Shown here piece by piece: positions 30,978 through 32,000 of a stretch of 32,000 nucleotides of DNA (position 1 is its first letter; each line of letters starts with the position of its first letter). The stretch covers positions 360,001 through 392,000 of the forward strand of contig CP065004.1 in assembly GCA_016700135.1 (NCBI GenBank). The letters run 5' to 3'. The stretch comes from Candidatus Saccharimonadota bacterium. GTDB taxonomy: Bacteria > Patescibacteriota > Microgenomatia > UBA1406 > GWC2-37-13. A program made the translations under genes and the position numbers. The notes beneath the pieces were generated by a model, which saw only the letters and a program-made list of their open reading frames with translations, did not search any database and was not told the DNA's origin.

Positions 30978-31805
30978 TTAGGCAAATCCGTCCTGTTGCC
31001 AAATGTATTGGGCAGCACACCACTTTTGGAGATTTTTCTGATCCTCTCCTACATCATAGTTGTCAAAAACAGATTGCCGGATTTTAATAAAGGCCTCCGT
31101 TATAAGATCTGCATTTTCACTCAGGAAAAAAAACACGGCAGGATACCGCTCTGCCGCCTGCAGAAGTGACGGAATTTGATTCTGTAAAACATTGCTGGCT
31201 GCCCACTGAAGACCGTCTCTAAAATCAGGATTATCAATTTGCTGACTGAGATCGAATGCATTCAGACCGGTGCGAAGATACCCAATCTGTTCAATCACCC
31301 GGAACATCTGCCCCAATCTCGTATCACGGTTTTCTACGACCTCACAAATAACCCGTTCAACACGTTCCGGCAGCTCATCCCCTCCGTTTCCGAACATTTC
31401 ATGAATGATACCCCGTATTGCTGATGATTCATCGTTCTCGACTTCAACCGTCTTGAGATCGAACATCACATCCCCCACAACTGCCTCTCCCCAATCATGA
31501 GAGACTGCTGCAAGAAGAAGATCTTCCTGATCAGGGCGTGAAAGGACGTCTTCACCGTACATATTCTGATACCGAATAAACTGTCGGGCCAGACCGTACG
31601 TTAGCCGCATATGCTCTAGGTTATTTACATCTGCACCGAGTGCATTCCGCCATTCTTCTTCAGAAATACTTGTCGGTCGATACCGTCCGTATCTGACACG
31701 GGGTGCCAATGTCTTTCCGTAGGAAGTTTCTGCAAATAGCCGATGAAGATCGGTAAATTGATATGTCTGATCACTTGTTGCAAATGTTATAGGTATCTCT
31801 GACAT
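30978..31805 (-). CDS. HD-domain phosphohydrolase (YfbR-like 5'-nucleotidase type)
   Basis: ..LEHMRLTYGLA.. provides the first His. ..LLLAAVSHDWGEAVVGDVMFDLK resembles the YfbR segment HDASEVLTGDLPTPVK. TATAAT lies 6 nt upstream of the ATG. Confidence 0.65.
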   Translation of the reverse strand: MSEIPITFATSDQTYQFTDLHRLFAETSYGKTLAPRVRYGRYRPTSISEEEWRNALGADVNNLEHMRLTYGLARQFIRYQNMYGEDVLSRPDQEDLLLAAVSHDWGEAVVGDVMFDLKTVEVENDESSAIRGIIHEMFGNGGDELPERVERVICEVVENRDTRLGQMFRVIEQIGYLRTGLNAFDLSQQIDNPDFRDGLQWAASNVLQNQIPSLLQAAERYPAVFFFLSENADLITEAFIKIRQSVFDNYDVGEDQKNLQKWCAAQYIWQQDGFA

Positions 31806-31848
31806 GAAGGTATTATAGCAGTTTTACGCTCAAATTAGCTATACCCAT

Positions 31849-31875
31849 AAAAAAACCCTCTCATGAGGGTTTTTG
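31849..31875 (-). terminator. rho-independent (bidirectional-looking) terminator
   Basis: An A-run, CCCTC-tcat-GAGGG, then a T-run. In minus sense the hairpin is followed by 7 T. Confidence 0.75.
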
Positions 31876-31916
31876 TTGGTGGACACCGTCTCCGAGAGTT
31901 GGAACGATGTGTATGA

Positions 31917-32000
31917 TTATGTGAATGAGTGGGGAAATAGGATACAAGCATTTACATAGGAGACTATCACCACAAGAAAGAAGAGCCTTCTATACTCACA
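31917..32000 (-). CDS. possible C-terminal fragment of a membrane protein gene entering from the right edge
   Basis: This is the only reverse frame open from the window edge (..CEYRRLFFLVVIVSYVNACILFPHSFT*). The stop at 31917-31919 lies ~40 nt upstream of the terminator. Only 27 codons are visible. Confidence 0.25.
   Translation of the reverse strand, partial: CEYRRLFFLVVIVSYVNACILFPHSFT

Overview
The window looks like a compact genome with hand-sampled background GC of roughly 35-50%. Gene content suggests an ultrasmall, Gram-positive-type bacterium, most consistent with Candidate Phyla Radiation/Patescibacteria. This is inferred from TrbC/VirB2-type pilins, several GT-C glycosyltransferases, Pro/Thr-linker proteins, tiny or zero intergenic gaps and no Shine-Dalgarno use. 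I support about 31 CDS, one tRNA(CAU), several clear rho-independent terminators and several near-consensus promoters. There is no rRNA, CRISPR array, transposase or integrase. Four things stand out. (1) Positions 2658-12910 hold a surface-appendage-like cluster: three pilin paralogs, comM, a 679-aa anchored beta-sandwich protein and, divergently, a ~1550-aa polytopic membrane protein. The tail of the large protein is an array of about 25 helix-turn-helix-like ~32-aa units arranged in ~130-aa four-unit super-repeats, and I cannot assign it to a described family. (2) Positions ~21336-25260 are a compositionally foreign island (~60% GC). It carries two secreted cohesin/dockerin-like genes built as two homologous cassettes, each with a conserved leader, a gene and a conserved terminator. 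These genes have strong Shine-Dalgarno sites that host genes lack, and no mobility genes are present. (3) At least 13 host genes have a -10 hexamer 5-9 nt upstream of the ATG, which suggests widespread leaderless expression, including divergent pairs only 16 and 52-58 bp apart. (4) A minimal [FeFe]-hydrogenase H-domain-like protein with an altered L1 motif is translationally coupled to a small membrane protein. All functional calls come from reading the translated ORFs by eye. No database search was run.
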